DNA from: Phoronis australis
Taxonomy: Eukaryota; Animalia; Phoronida
Assembly (NCBI GenBank): GCA_002633005.1
Contig: NMRA01000714.1
Coordinates: 60,400-124,399 of the forward strand
Direction of reading: 5' to 3'
DNA length: 64,000 bases
How positions within the stretch are numbered: the first letter of the stretch is position 1; each line of letters begins with the position of its first letter. The position numbers and the translations under genes are program-made. Shown piece by piece: positions 1-13,166 of the stretch. The notes under the pieces were generated by a model, which saw only the letters and a program-made list of their open reading frames with translations, was not told where the DNA came from and searched no databases.

Positions 1-521
1 GGAAGGAAAGCAAGACTGTCCGTCAAAAGACAATGAATCATTGTCTCATGCAGGGGATGGCGATAAAACTACAGCGACAACTGGCATGAGAATAAAAGAC
101 TATATAGACAGTGTGCTGGAGTCGGAGGTGATCAGGGAGAAACTTAAGATACCCACCTTTGCAAACAACCAGGCCCCGTCGGAAAAAGACAACGATTGTA
201 ATGGTTACTCCAAAATGAGGTCTGGTAAAGACCTTTACGGGGGATCTTCTCAGGCGAGGAAGGAACACCCGAGTATAAGCACGCCTGTCAAAGTACAGAC
301 ACTAATAGATCGAGTGGTCGACATGACGCCATCTCTGGGCTCTGAAGCCAAAATTTGCGAAAAAGATGAACTCTACAAATACTCGGAAAGTACTTACGGG
401 CTCTCCACGTCTACGGTAGCATCTATGAGTCCTCTAAAGAGTTTGACACTCAGGTTGAAGGCGCAGAAAGGAGATATGCCGTCAACGCGCAACACGAACA
501 CATCTTACGGATTCCTTACTG
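1..521 (+). CDS. Penultimate coding exon (5' end outside the window or not defined) of the C2H2 zinc-finger gene
   Basis: Open frame (ORF 41-535) ends at donor CTG|GTAAGC (intron starts 522, phase 1), which joins in frame to the acceptor at 5976-5977 (G+AA = Glu). Confidence 0.7.
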
Positions 522-977
522 GTAAGCAAAGCTAAAAGGGCGTTTTCAGTTAATGAGAAATGTATTTTAGTTTTGCAAGAAAGTATCGATTGTCATTGGT
601 TCAGTGGAGTTCTCTTGTGTTATTCCCACGCACTTGACCCACTCTCCGGCGTGCGCTGGATCAGCCATACTAAAATCCAACATCTCCGACAATACACGCA
701 TGGGTACTAGATACTGAGATAGCTTCTCTCGATCATTTTTTGACTGTGATACGCTCATGATTACTTGATTGGATCTTTCAGCAATTGTGGAGTGGGGGCG
801 TAAAACCAAATTTTGCGTTAAATAAAACATTGCAGGTGGCCTGATGTCATTTGCTGTGCATCAGACGTGCGCAGGTTTCATGGTTAGGAACATTGCACCA
901 ATCATCTGAGCTAAAAGCAGGAGAGTCCCGTTATGGTTCTTCGTGAAGGACGTTTTCAAGTTTGTCGTCTCCTTTAA

Positions 978-2442
978 AGGCGAAGGCAACTTTTTTTAGT
1001 GTCATTTTTAGCAAAAATAAGTTTCGTTGATTATCCCAGACATATTTTTCACTTGATTACGACTTTTCGTAATTTAATTCATTACTCGTCCTCTACTCCG
1101 GAAGTGACGTCTTGGGAGGCAAGAATTTCGCGACAGTGTCTTTTTTATATAGTCTGACAAAGAGCTGTCGAGTTAGTCATTGTTCTACCTCGGTTGTGAT
1201 AAGTTCAGTCATCGTTTGATTTTCTTTGCTGCGTACCGGGATGTACTCATTATCGTCTCATGCGCGCTTTGGGAGTAACTTTGTATCGCTTTCTGAAGGA
1301 TGACACACTTCGCCGTACTTGGCTTGTTCGTGTAAAGAACGCAGCGTTACCCGTCCACGCAACGCTCAAAACAGTGGAGGGTTATCGAGTGTGTAGCAAG
1401 CATTTTCTGCCGTCAGATTACGAGAGAGATATGTACGCTGAATTGATGAAGGTCACTGCAAAACAACGCCTGAAGAAGGGTGCCATGCCATCGCTGTTGA
1501 TTCCTGGCAGTGCCCGTCGCCACCCCCGAGAAGTGCGTTTTTGAAGCGAGAAGCCTCGCGAGCTGTGGCCACTACAGTGACTGGAGGCACTTCATCTACT
1601 GTCACCCGTGTCTCCGAATGTACCCCAGAGCCTACATTTCCGGGAACTAGCAGTGATTCACCCTGTACAGTTGTCTCTTGCCCAGAGCCTGTAAGCAGCC
1701 CTGCAGCGATGTTGAGTAACGGGAGTGAATAGAGGCCCAGTTTGACACCCAGTGAAGAGGACATTTCGTCGTGTAATGAACAGATCGGTGAGCCAAACTT
1801 TGATAAGTTAATTGTGGACTTGTCTAAAGTATTGGAACTATTTAGAAAGGGCCATGTGGCTGGCGAGGGCGTCACGCGGCGGGATGTAAGTAGTTTGGGT
1901 TCTCAGGTCACCATCCAGTGGGATTGTGTCGCGGGACACTCGGGCATGTACGACAGTTGTGCCTGTGCGTACTCTGCCTCATTATACTCGGACTCAAACA
2001 TATACCCCCCACTGACTACCCGTGAAAAAATTTCTCGTCACCACTGAACAGTGTCTCCGTTACTCACGTCACTACCGTCACTGTGATATGGGTCACCGAC
2101 TCCAGCCATTTTCAGGTAACTACAAACTAAATAATCCCTAAATCCAACGTAATTAAGTTCTCTAAAAACCTAGCTTGTGGTAGAATACTCGTCAATGGAA
2201 AGTGATGACCACAATTTTACAAAAACAGCACGAAAACAAAAGTAGTACATTTCCTCACAGTAAATTCAATGCAGAACCAAATTGGCGCGAAATTCTTGCC
2301 TCCCAAAACGTCACTTCCGGAGTAGAAGACGAGTAATTAATTAAAATATGAAAACCTAGAATTACGTGAAAAATATGCCAGGGATAATCAACGAACCTTA
2401 TTTTTGCTTAAAAGGACACAAAAAGGTAACTTGCCTTTGCCT
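978..2442 (+). mobile_element. Kolobok-type DNA transposon, internally deleted (family K1)
   Basis: TTAA at 974-977 and 2443-2446; ~155-bp imperfect TIRs beginning AGGCGAAGGCAA / TTGCCTTTGCCT. Plus strand has a THAP remnant (RF..D..LRRTWL..RVCSKHF..RLKKGAMPSL) followed by KLIVDLSKVLELF..IQWDCVAGH. Minus strand has a stub (ATG ~2109) with GYMFESEY, like a KolX N-terminus. Confidence 0.8.
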
Positions 2443-2469
2443 TTAAGAAAACTGACAGACGTTTCCATT

Positions 2470-5290
2470 TGTTCCCATGCACTATTGTCGGCATGTACAT
2501 GTAACAGTGCCGTCCAATAGATTGCTCCTTAGCCTATAAAAAGCTGGGTAAGACTCTACCAGGTGTTTAGGGGTTTCGACGTCAGTACCACACTCGAGAC
2601 ACACTGGGCTCCCCATATACCCAGTTATGTGTCTGTGACGGGCTAGGTTACAGTGGCACGTCAAAATCTGAATGACTTGTCTTCAAGCCTATCTTAACGG
2701 TATCAACAGTGAATTTGGTTACTACAGTATGTTAAGAGCATCGCTTTGAGCCCACCAGTGTTATAAATTGCCAAATGTAATGAATTGTAAGGCGTTTAGA
2801 CTTCCTTTTGTATACGTCACCGTGAGAATAACCTTTTAATTCAAAACAGATGAGAATAACACTCGCACACAATGGTGTTCTATTCAGACCCCTGTTCAAT
2901 ACAACTGTTATCGACCTTTTGTTGTTTGTGCTGGGATCTCGCAGTGACGCAACATGACACGAAAACGCCGCTTCAGTTTTAATTTGACGGGCTTACATTT
3001 TCATCATTGAACTTGCGTTTTCTTATTTTACTGAGGCCTTGCTAGGACTATCTCGTTCTACCAATACATCAAAAATAACAAAATTCCGTTGAAGTTAGGC
3101 TTTAAGCCCAATATATCAAGACTCAGAACGTTTTTTGAATCTTTTGGTTTGATCACATTGGGAAAATTCTTGGTCTCTCTGCAGTGATGCCCACTGGGCT
3201 GCCGACAGTGTATGTACCCTGTTGTGTATACTCATCCTGCAGCATTCGCAGGATACCGGAATAGCAGGTTCAGGTACACAATGCAGAACGCTAGCTTCTA
3301 TCTTTGCGAATCTGTCTGCATTCTCATTGCTTTCATTTCCCACATGGGCCCTGACCCAGCGTATATTGACGGTTCAATTGCAAGGTTGTTAAGCTCTTTA
3401 ATGCAAGCATTAACACAACGAGAGTTGACCCTTGGCTTCCTTAGAGTTTTTATTGCTGCTTGGCTATCTGAAAAGATAGTAATTGGTCGATTTCTCAGCT
3501 CGGTGTTACATTGTCTTGCCATTTGAGCTGCTCTGTTAATTCTAGTGATCTCAGCCTGGAACACCGTGGCAAGCGATATCCAGTTTTCTGCATCTACAAC
3601 AGGAAGGTTTGGAAAATAGATTCCACCACCTGTCTGGCCATTTTCCAGTTTAGAATCATCCGCATGACAAACCACCAAATTCGTGCGTTCTGCGATAGGC
3701 CATCTATCATCAATTTCCGTGAAGTAATTGTTTGTATGATTTAAAGCTGTGATCTGGACATCACTAGGCATGTTCCATAGTTGCCCAGTTTTGGCCATTA
3801 GCTTAATGCACAGGTTCCTGTGGCTTCTGTGTAAAACGGAATCAGAGATGTGAGTTTTCACCCACTGACCATTATATCTGAGACGAAGTGCAACACATGG
3901 AGCTTCACCCTCAAGGTATATGTACAGTGGTGATAGACCGATTAGCCTCTTTCTAGGGCAGCAGAAGGCGTTCCTGGAAAGCAGAGGTAATGCATAAACA
4001 AGCTAGATTTTGCAGCTGATTAAGTTTGTTGGTCATTCTAATCTGTTTTAAGGCTGCTACCCATGCTGAGGCAGCATAAGACATTTTAGGTCAGGTAACA
4101 GCAGTATAAATCCAAAACATATGCTTGGGAGACATTCCGCAAGCTATACCCACCGCACGACTGCATTTCAACAGTCCAGTTTTGGCTTTCGATATTTTTT
4201 TCTGTAATAAGCGGGGTCCAGAAAAGACGATGGTGTAAAATGACACCAATTAATTTCTAAGCCAACTGACTTGGCCCACGTGGCTGTTGTATTCAGTACT
4301 CCTTGAGCGAGACAACGCATGTGTCAGGATCGATGCACTGAGAATAATATCATCTGTATAGGCTTGAACATACAAGCTCGGACCCATGTCAGCCGATAAT
4401 TGTCGAAATAGACCATCCATAACCATGTTGAAGAGGGTGGGGAGGCAGCGCTGCTCTGAGGTGTTCCCCTGGTGATGCCAACCGCCAAACTTACATTCTC
4501 TAGACAAGCAGTCACAGATTGACTTCTGAACATGTTAATGATCCACCTGGTAAGACACCTATTCGTTTTAAAGGGGTTTAGTGCAACTCAGATCGCGTCG
4601 TGCTTAATATTGCTGAAAGCACCAACAAGGTCAATGAAGGCGTACAGGGCAAATTGTTTACTAAAATCCGCCCCTTCCAGTCTAGCAACCAGATGACGTA
4701 GAGCGATCTCCGTTGAGAAGCCTGGTCTGTACTCATACTGGTTGTTCTGAAGTTTGGTCTGCATATCTTTTTTTATGAAGATGCCACACAATGAACCTTT
4801 CCAGTCCTTTGAGAAGGAAGGGTGTTAAGGTTACATAACTATGTGATTCAGCCAAAAGGTACGAGTTCTTCCTTGGTTTAAGAATGAAGACTACGCTAGC
4901 TTCAGTCCAAGTCTTGGGCATACAACCTAGTCCAAGACAGGCTTTGTAGGTCTCTGTAAGTACATGAAATAATGGTATCGCAGCCTCTTGCAGTATTTTT
5001 GGATATATCATGTTTAGTTCTTGGGGGCTTCCGTTTTTTAAATGACTTTAGAGCCAACTCAACGAGATGTGGTGTGACTGTTTTCAACATCAGCGTAAGC
5101 TAGTGGTTTACACTGCTCAGAGTCCTTCACTTCAGAACATTGACTCGACAGGTTTACACTATCAGGATGATGCTTACCTATCATGACTTTGAGTGTTTCC
5201 TCAGTGTGTGTATGAGTCATCCTCTTTTTGAATGACATCGAGTCTTGAGTAGTGGCCCTTCTTAAGCAATTTTTTGTGTTAGCCCTAAGT
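2470..5290 (-). mobile_element. Degenerate non-LTR retrotransposon with RT, RNase H and C-terminal zinc knuckle (LOA/R1-like)
   Basis: Fragmented ORFs: LTPFLLKGLER, QYEYRPGFSTEIAL, AFIDLVGAFSNI, RGTPQ, QAYTDDI (RT); DDSK, TVFQAEI, IFSDSQAAIK, GNESNENADRFAK (RNase H); CLECG..ETPKHL. Many frameshifts and stops. Confidence 0.88.
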
Positions 5291-5433
5291 CAATTTCACG
5301 AAACAGATTCCCGAGACATTACCCCTATTTAACATGCCTGTCTTAGGACGGGCTGTAACAAGTCCTCAAATCATACAATAGGGAAGTTGGTGTAGTGTGC
5401 ACTCCACCAAGATACATGTACAGACTTGTGTTC

Positions 5434-5842
5434 CGAGGCCCAGAGAGTGTTCCGGTGGCCCAGAGAGAGTTCCGTAGACCTGGATTCGCGCGAAAAAAAG
5501 CGAGATCTCCCAAGACTATGCAAAATCACGCGACTGAATAGCGAGTGTGCCCAAGGGATTACTATCGTGCCATAGCAAAATGTCGGCCACTGAAGTGATT
5601 GGTCGGGGAGGTTTCGGTGGTAATTCTTTGGATTGGGTTTAGTGTTTCCGATTCAAAAGGGAAGACATTTCCACGCGAGTGCAAGCTAATTTCCACATTA
5701 CCGCCTTCCTGGCCAATCACATCAGTGGTAGTTTTTTGCTAGTAATGTATCTAGTTTAATAGCAAAACACTCGCCCTTTACTCGTGTGATAACCGTGTCA
5801 TTGCGTGATGTCGCTTTTCTTGCAAAAACGTGCTCTCGGAAC
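5434..5842. repeat. Degenerate foldback (palindromic) element
   Basis: Arms such as GCGAGTGT..CCACTGAAGTGATTGGTCGGGGAGG are mirrored by CCTTCCTGGCCAATCACATCAGTGG..ACACTCGC. Confidence 0.5.
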
Positions 5843-5977
5843 TCACACCAAACGCCATGCTTTGTATACTTTCTGAGCTAACACGAAATCTTGCACAGTT
5901 AATATTAACTCAGTATTTTGCAAAGTTTCTTGTCGATGATAGAGTGTTTATAGCAATTTCCTTGCCATTCGTTCCAG

Positions 5978-8700
5978 AAACAAAACCGCGCAGTCAGCCT
6001 GCTGGCATTTTAAACGTGTCGGCTGAACTCCAACAACAAGATCTTGCTCCAGCAGTAACACATTCCGCGCTTAATACCGTTTACTCGAGGCCTACAGTGC
6101 ACACAAGGCCTACAAATTTGAAATCAAAGTCGGCGACTCTCCAGTTCCGCTTCAAAACTGCACATCAACACTGCTATGGAGAACCCGGATTTAGGGTTAG
6201 TAGCGTACAACATGGCCGTGTTCAAAGGTGGCACAATTGTCCACAAGTAGTCGCACCTGTGCCCGGAGTGTTTCAAAAGTACGAGGACACCAAGAAAGAG
6301 ATTCCCATCCGGATGCAAAATGACCCACCTATTGTTAGACTCATGTCGTTGAATGAAATGACAAAGATACATGGTGGTTTCCCAAGTGCTAATATACATT
6401 ACCTGCCTCAAGAAATGGATCGCGGACATGAAGAGCCGTTAAATTTGAAGAAAGAAGTGCCTTTAGACTTATCTCTAAAGAAAAAAGACGATAACGTTGT
6501 AGTAATGGAAGACGGTGTTCTTGATTTGTCAAAGAAGTCGCCAAAACTTAACCCACACGAAGGACACAATCGTCTTAGCAAAGCCATTCCTCAACCTGAT
6601 GCCAGGTCGTACAGATTGCCTGCATGCTCACCTATTAATAGGTTTGTCTCGACAATCACTTACAACGCTAGACCATATTGTACGAATACAGCGCAACAGA
6701 ATATGCTTAATCCTTTACTTACCAACGCTGTTGTTCGACCGGTCGCCCACCAGCAAGCGCCACCACCGCAACCCTACCACATAGTAAGGGACAGACAATC
6801 GACTACGAGCTTGATTGGACACTTGAATCCATCAGACATCTTGTACTTACATTGCAACCATTGTCAGTCCTTCTATGGAAGCGTCTACTCGTTCAAGAAA
6901 CACTTCTGGAATATTCATGGCTCGCGACCTACTCCTGCGGATGTCCGCATACAGACAATAGCTGAAACAAAGAATCACTTTGGAATTAATGACAATGAAG
7001 ATGGCACGGGTAACTTGAGACCTCTTTCCGCCCGTTGCGTAGCTAGGACAACACCACCATATGCACTGGATAACAGTCGAAGTAACAACCGAGATGAGCC
7101 TGGTCAAGTAGACATGTCTCCTGCAGTCGTGTACCAGTGCCGCTACTGCGGGAAGCAATTTCCCCTTAGTGAACAGGTGGAATTTACTGATCACGTGGCA
7201 GGTCACGAAAGTAAGCGAACTAAAGAATGGGTCTGCTTTTCGTGCAAAACGAGCTGTAAGACACAGATGTTGCTGGCCGATCATATGCTGGAGCATCAAG
7301 ACCTTCTTCAACATTATTGCGTTCGCTGCTGCCTAGCTTTCCGCGCAAATAGTGTGCTCAAAACTCACCAGTGTCTCTGCAAAAACGGTGGAGCCAACAA
7401 AACACCTATTGTTAGCAATGTTCTGGACGAGAACAAAGAGTATAACACCAGTAACAGAAGTGAAAACAAATCTCCGGGTACTCAATATGGAGACCATGTG
7501 ACAGACCAATGCTCGAACGACAAGGGGATTCACCCTGCGCAGAATAGCAGTCGAATCGAGCTCGCTACAAGTTTCCATGCAAAACTGTGTGCTTCCATTG
7601 AATTTGAATTTCATAATGAAGTTTCAAAAGTTGCAAAGGACGGCAAAATAGAATATTCAAAAACAAAGGAAAACGAAGTGACGAGCAAAACTGATTCGGC
7701 TACCGTAGGCTCTGTTACTGAAGCTGAGAGTAAACAATTGTCAAGCAAATCTTTGGCGACAGACAGAAACCGAGCTAACATAAGTCCAGAACAAGTGGTG
7801 CCACTTAGTGTGCCATCTGAAACTGTTCTTGGTGATGCATACGACGAGAGCCCGAAACCGGGTGTAGCTAACAGCGATCCAGGTTATAGTCTCTGCCGTC
7901 TTCCGAGGGAAACTGAAGGCATTTTAGCTAATCAGATTTCCAAATCAAAAATAGAGGACAAACCTAAAGAAATCATCTCAACGCGAAGCTCGAGCACTTA
8001 TGACACCTCAATGGATATTCATATTGACTGTGAGACTACTTCCCTTTTGGAAAATCGTGATGCAGGTAACTTGAAGGAAAGCACCAATGCTTTACCAGCA
8101 TACATACATAGAATTGGAGCGTGTCCACCGACAACCGATAATGAAAAGCTTGAAAGTAAACCATGTTTTCTGGAAAAATGGCGCCTATCAGAAACGCATA
8201 ATAACAGCGACCAGGATATAGACAATTACATGGAACGAGATCAAAATGATAGAGTAAGACAATCTCGTAGTAACGATGAAGATTATGACATTAGTCAGGA
8301 GGAAAGAGGCAATCGGGATTACGGCGAGTTTAAGAGCTGTATCCAATCCAACCAAAGTGAAACAGAAATTGTTAAACCAAATGCCGAATTGCAAGACAGT
8401 GCGTGTGAATCTTATTCTAGAAGTGACCAGGAACATATTCTTTCTGGTTTAACAACGTCTGCCCTTGCGAGTTGGGACGATAATCAGTCGGTGACTTCGA
8501 TTTCCGGTGGAAGGGTCGAAGATGAGCTTGGCGCGTCAACACAACAGACTACTTCCCCTAAAAACGAAAAAGAACGGTGCACCAAAGAAAAACTAAACTC
8601 TAAACTTCTGAAAAGAAACAAAAGTGAAGATAACTCGTCGCTACCAGAGAAGAAGATGAGGCCTTGTAGAGTCGAGCTGGAAAAATTGACTGATTATTAA
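5978..8700 (+). CDS. Large terminal exon of a C2H2 zinc-finger transcriptional repressor-like protein
   Basis: Uninterrupted ~907-codon frame after acceptor TTCCTTGCCATTCGTTCCAG|. Fingers: CNHC..HFWNIH, CRYC..HVAGH, CFSC..HMLEH, CVRC..HQCLC. Motifs PLNLK, PLDLS, VLDLS. Basic C-terminus PEKKMRPCRVELEKL, then TAA. Confidence 0.9.
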
Positions 8701-8748
8701 TCAGGTTCTGATGAGTCAATATTTTGCTCAAGGCTATATTGTTTTCAG

Positions 8749-10139
8749 GGCCCGGTCTCCAATCTCCGTACTCAGACTCGAATCATGCTCAAACTCACAC
8801 TTCATACTCAACTCGAGTACAGACTCAGCTTTGGTGTATTCAATGTCATACTTGAAAAATCTGTACTCGAAATTTCGAGCACGTACTCAGTTTTCGAGTG
8901 TACTCGAACTGAAGTGTATCTCATCTATATTTCGAGTACGATTTTGAGTAAAAATTTGGAGTCTATGCTCAAATTTCAAGTTTGGTATGGCAGTGTGCTT
9001 GAAATCGTACTCGAAAATAAGTACGAGCCAGAGAACAAAATATCGAAAGGGAACCAAGAAACACCGCAAATCTAAAAAAATAAATCCTTTTACCGTATCT
9101 CGGCACTTCAATTTCAGTTCAGAGACGAAAGTTTTCATCTTAAATGTTCTTATTCTTCACCTTATTAACCCGCCGTATCACTGTATGTTATGGCCGCCAT
9201 TCTACCTCTACAATTCCTGGCAACAGGCGCATTGTAATCCCTTGTCGGCGAGTCATAACAAGCGTCGAAAGCAGTTGTGGGAAAAGTCGTGTGAGAAGTT
9301 TGTGCTGCCCTTATTTCGGTATGTGTGCCTACGTTTTGTAGGGTTTCCAAAAGACGAGGAGGGGAGGGAAGTTAAAAAAAGTTCGCTTCCCTGTCAGGTA
9401 CATTTCTCATCATAACTTAGTCATCTATAATTCCTCAATCCCCAAATGGAATTCCAGATTTTGTTTGCCGATTTCTAAGTAGACGTCTCGTCCCGTTCAC
9501 TGCCACTGGTGAACTCTGAATGCCTGCACAAGTATTGTTTTTTAACTCACGTGCCAAATGTCAACTCACTTGATACATCCCGGTAAAATACAAAGATACA
9601 GTATCAAAGTTTGACATCAGCGTAGGCCTACACAGCAATGGGTTTTATGTCAAGACTAAATTAGCAACAGAGATGTGATGTGATAAGCTGTTTCAAATTT
9701 CTTTTAAAAGACGTTTTCGGGACTGGGTGAGGAACTCAAGAAGTGAAGCTTAATAATTGCCAAATGTATCAAAGAAATGGCATAAGAATATTTATTGAAA
9801 CTAAAAAATGAATAACAGTTACAGAACACTCAGAATTCCACGTTATAGACATACTGTTGTAGTTGTAGCGACAGCAGACGATAATGTAGGCCTAGTTCTT
9901 GGGGTGGTCTATTCCAATAGGGAGCGATGAATCAGCGCGGCTTTGCGTGATTTTGCATTTCACATCATAAAGAGTTCCATAGCAACTCGAGTATGAGTGT
10001 CAGATTTGAGTACGTTTGGAGTCTACTTGAAATACGACATTAGATACGCTTTTTTGAGTACGACTCCAGTGAGCACGATTTTGAGTATGAAATCTCGAGT
10101 ATGAGTATGAGTCTGAGTACGGAGATTGGAGACCGGGCC
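8749..10139. mobile_element. PIF/Harbinger-group non-autonomous element with CWG target duplication
   Basis: TIRs GGCCCGGTCTCCAATCTCCGTACTCAGACTC / GAGTCTGAGTACGGAGATTGGAGACCGGGCC; CAG on both sides (8746-8748, 10140-10142); many subterminal ACTCGA/TCGAGT motifs. Confidence 0.8.
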
Positions 10140-11408
10140 CAGGGCTTGGAACTTTCCTATTTGAAGAGGATTTGCTCTTTTTGGTTTCTATTTCCTCTTA
10201 TTTGATTTCCAGCTTCCTAATTTTGTCTCGTTTTTTCATTATTTAGACTTCATTCATGCATAAACGTTTATTTCAGTTAAATTTTACAACACAAAAATCT
10301 TGCTATTACACAAGCCTATTTGTTTGTGGAACGATACATCACATTGAAAATGTTGCTCTTTTTTGTCATTGGTCAATCCAAGCCCTGTGTTTTGGCGGGT
10401 ATATATAATGATCAACTTCAAAGTAATCAAAAGAATAAGAAGGACGTTTTTTTAAGCCAAGGATAAACGAACACTTAAAAATTCCAGTCCAACTACGGTA
10501 TACATGTAGCTAGAGAAAACAGACTCTTGCATCATTTCAAGACTCGATTTTGTGAGGCGTCGCAAAATTAAATAAAAATAATTGCCTATCGCTATCGTGT
10601 GAAACGAAATATCTAAAAGCAAGTCATATTTGCTAAGCAGCGCTCAGTATAATTTTAATCAACATCATTATGTTCCGCAGATATCTGTTAGTGGCTGGTA
10701 CATGTAACTATTCGCAATACCTCAGTGGCGCCAACTTGTTTTGTGTTAACTGAGGAGCTTAGTGTTGCAGTAAATGTTAAGGTTTTCACAGCGTTTTATA
10801 TACGTAGGCGGTAGGGTAATTTCTATGGTTAATCTAACACCGACTAAGTTAACAATATTGTGTAATATACTTTTTATATTGTTTAATATTGTTTCTGGGG
10901 TACTGTATTGTCACAAATGGTACATTTTATTATTGAATAAGATTAGATTCCCGGTTGGGGTTTCTGGTTTTCCTGTGTTTATTTTGATCGCTATCGACCA
11001 ACATCAGCCTATATTTATTGCTGTGAAAAAGACGAAATGCCACTCATGGGATGGACGACAGAACAGTTGACCGCAAGCACCATAGATCTCGGGTCCTGAC
11101 TAGCGGGAATATAGAGACCTGTGATTCGATACCCCGTTGGAGTTCCTGATATTTCTGTGTTTATTCGACTTACTATACGTCAGCTTTGAATAATATGTAC
11201 ATGTTGGCCGATCGGTAAGTATGTTTTGTTGAAATATAAGCTAACTAACGGATAGTCTTGATCTTTTGTTGAAAGAAACTACGCATTTTCAGCTCATTGG
11301 TGTTGTGGTGCATGTAGAACTTGTCATATTTGGACTTCGAGTAATTCATCAAGGTATTCATTTGTCCTAAACGTCACTATTTTGAAAAACAACCAATCAC
11401 ACATCCAT

Positions 11409-11888
11409 GAACATCCCAGGGTAACATCTCCAAGTTTCGGTACAATTCGGACAGCCGAACATCCCAGGGTAACGTCTCCAAGTTTCGCTACAATTCTGAC
11501 AGACGAACATCCCAGGGTAACGTCTCCAAGTTTCGGTACAATCCTGACAGACGAGCATCCCAGGGTAACATCTCCATGGTTTCGGTACAATATAGACAGA
11601 CGAACATCCCAGGGTAACATCTCCATGGTTTCGGTACAATATAGACAGACGAACATCCCAGGGTAACATCTCCAAGCTTTGGTACAATCCAGGCAGACGA
11701 ACATCCCAGGGTAACATCTCCAAGCTTTGGTACAATCCAGGCAGACGAACATCCCAGGGTAACATCTCCAATTTCGCTACAATGCTGACAGATGAACACC
11801 TCAGTGTGACATCAAGTTTTGTTACTATCCTGACAGACGAACATCCCAGGATAACATCTCCAAGTTTCGATACAATCCTGACAGACGG
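11409..11888. repeat. Minisatellite, ~48-49-bp unit, ~10 copies
   Basis: Unit GAACATCCCAGGGTAACATCTCCAAGTTTCGGTACAATCCTGACAGAC repeated head to tail. Confidence 0.95.
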
Positions 11889-12929
11889 TATCAAGGCTGT
11901 TGTTTCAAGCGAGACCGGGCCGAGATCGCTGCCACTTTATGCTAACACATACACATTTGTGGGCATATGTTGTCGTCATGTCTGCCCGGGCGTCAGTACA
12001 TCTTCTAAGCGTGAAAAAAACGCTCCCCAATTACAGTCTTGACAGAGCAGCTTATACGGGAAACGTATGCGAGATACGTCATTTTTCCACAAATTAAAAA
12101 TCTTGAACAAATAAACTTAAGTTTCCGTCTTACCCAAGTCAATTATGTAAAGCCACTTCATAGAAGTGAGGAAATGTTCTGTTTGGGAGGTGCAAAAACA
12201 ATTACATTGAATCTTGCCCTGTTCCGATCGAGTCGGGAACAATGTTTGACCGACTATCATTAGTTACTCCATGACCTGATTCATTGCTCTGTACTAGAGG
12301 ATCTCTAGCTTTGAAAATCTAGCGATTTCTTACATATTTTGGCAGACGTAGACAAATGTTTGCAGGGCCTGGGTACGGGGTCCAATCTTTTACTCGAAAT
12401 TACTTTTAGTATTTCTGATTTACTTTTGTGTGAACTCCAGATGAGTGTCTATTCTTCTAAGTTCGAGTACTTAATGGCTTTAGGTGATTAACTGTGTAAT
12501 CCTAATTTGCGCTTGATGACCCCAACAAAAATACTAAAATTTTGATTCTGAACTCAAAATTCGAGTTTTTACTCGAAAATGGGATTTCCTTGCGCTTGTA
12601 CATGTAGCTTGAGCATACGGGTCACTAAGACAGGGAACTCCTAATGCAAAAAACATAGTGCACTCGAGTTGAACATTTATTAAAAAGATTAAGATCTCGG
12701 GCTAAGGTCTTTCCATCATCAGAGCTGGGAAATTCAAATCCTTTCAAAACTAAGCGGCTAATAAAATTTCTTAATTTGTTGATGTTTAATTTTCTCTTTT
12801 TCTTTTTTATTTTCTGCACCAGGCGGAAAGGTTACATGTCAGTAACCAGAAGTTGTACATTTCCGAAGGTGCTCCCTCCATGTAACAGATTCATGGGAAG
12901 CGTAAAGGCTCCGAAGGCAGGTAGTAAAT

Positions 12930-13166
12930 AAAAGACAATTGCAGGCGATCCGATACACGTTGTAGCAGACGTGCGCTGAGCGCTCATGTGGACCCATTGC
13001 ACCGATCACCTGCCACCATTTTTATGTTTTATTAATAAATAGTTAAAACCGAGCTGAGGAGATAGAAACCTGACTGAGGGTTTTGCAGTGTGACCGAGTA
13101 GAACTCGAACCCGCGACCTCGAGTAAAGAAAGCGGGCACCTATCATATTAGGCCACACTGCCTCCT
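12930..13166 (-). mobile_element. tRNA-derived SINE, copy 1
   Basis: Minus strand GGAGGCAGTGTGGCCTAATATG (A box) and GGTTCGAGTTC (B box); body homologous to 33126-33340. A tail-only relic lies at ~830-910. Confidence 0.8.

Noticed and set aside
5830-5977. GTG start and first 49 residues of the 956-aa ORF
   Set aside because: Lies upstream of a good splice acceptor, so it is intron sequence that happens to be open.
11409-11888. 48-bp repeat array as a CRISPR array, or its ORFs as real proteins
   Set aside because: Units are contiguous with no unique spacers, there are no cas genes and the context is eukaryotic; the ORFs are by-products of the repeat.
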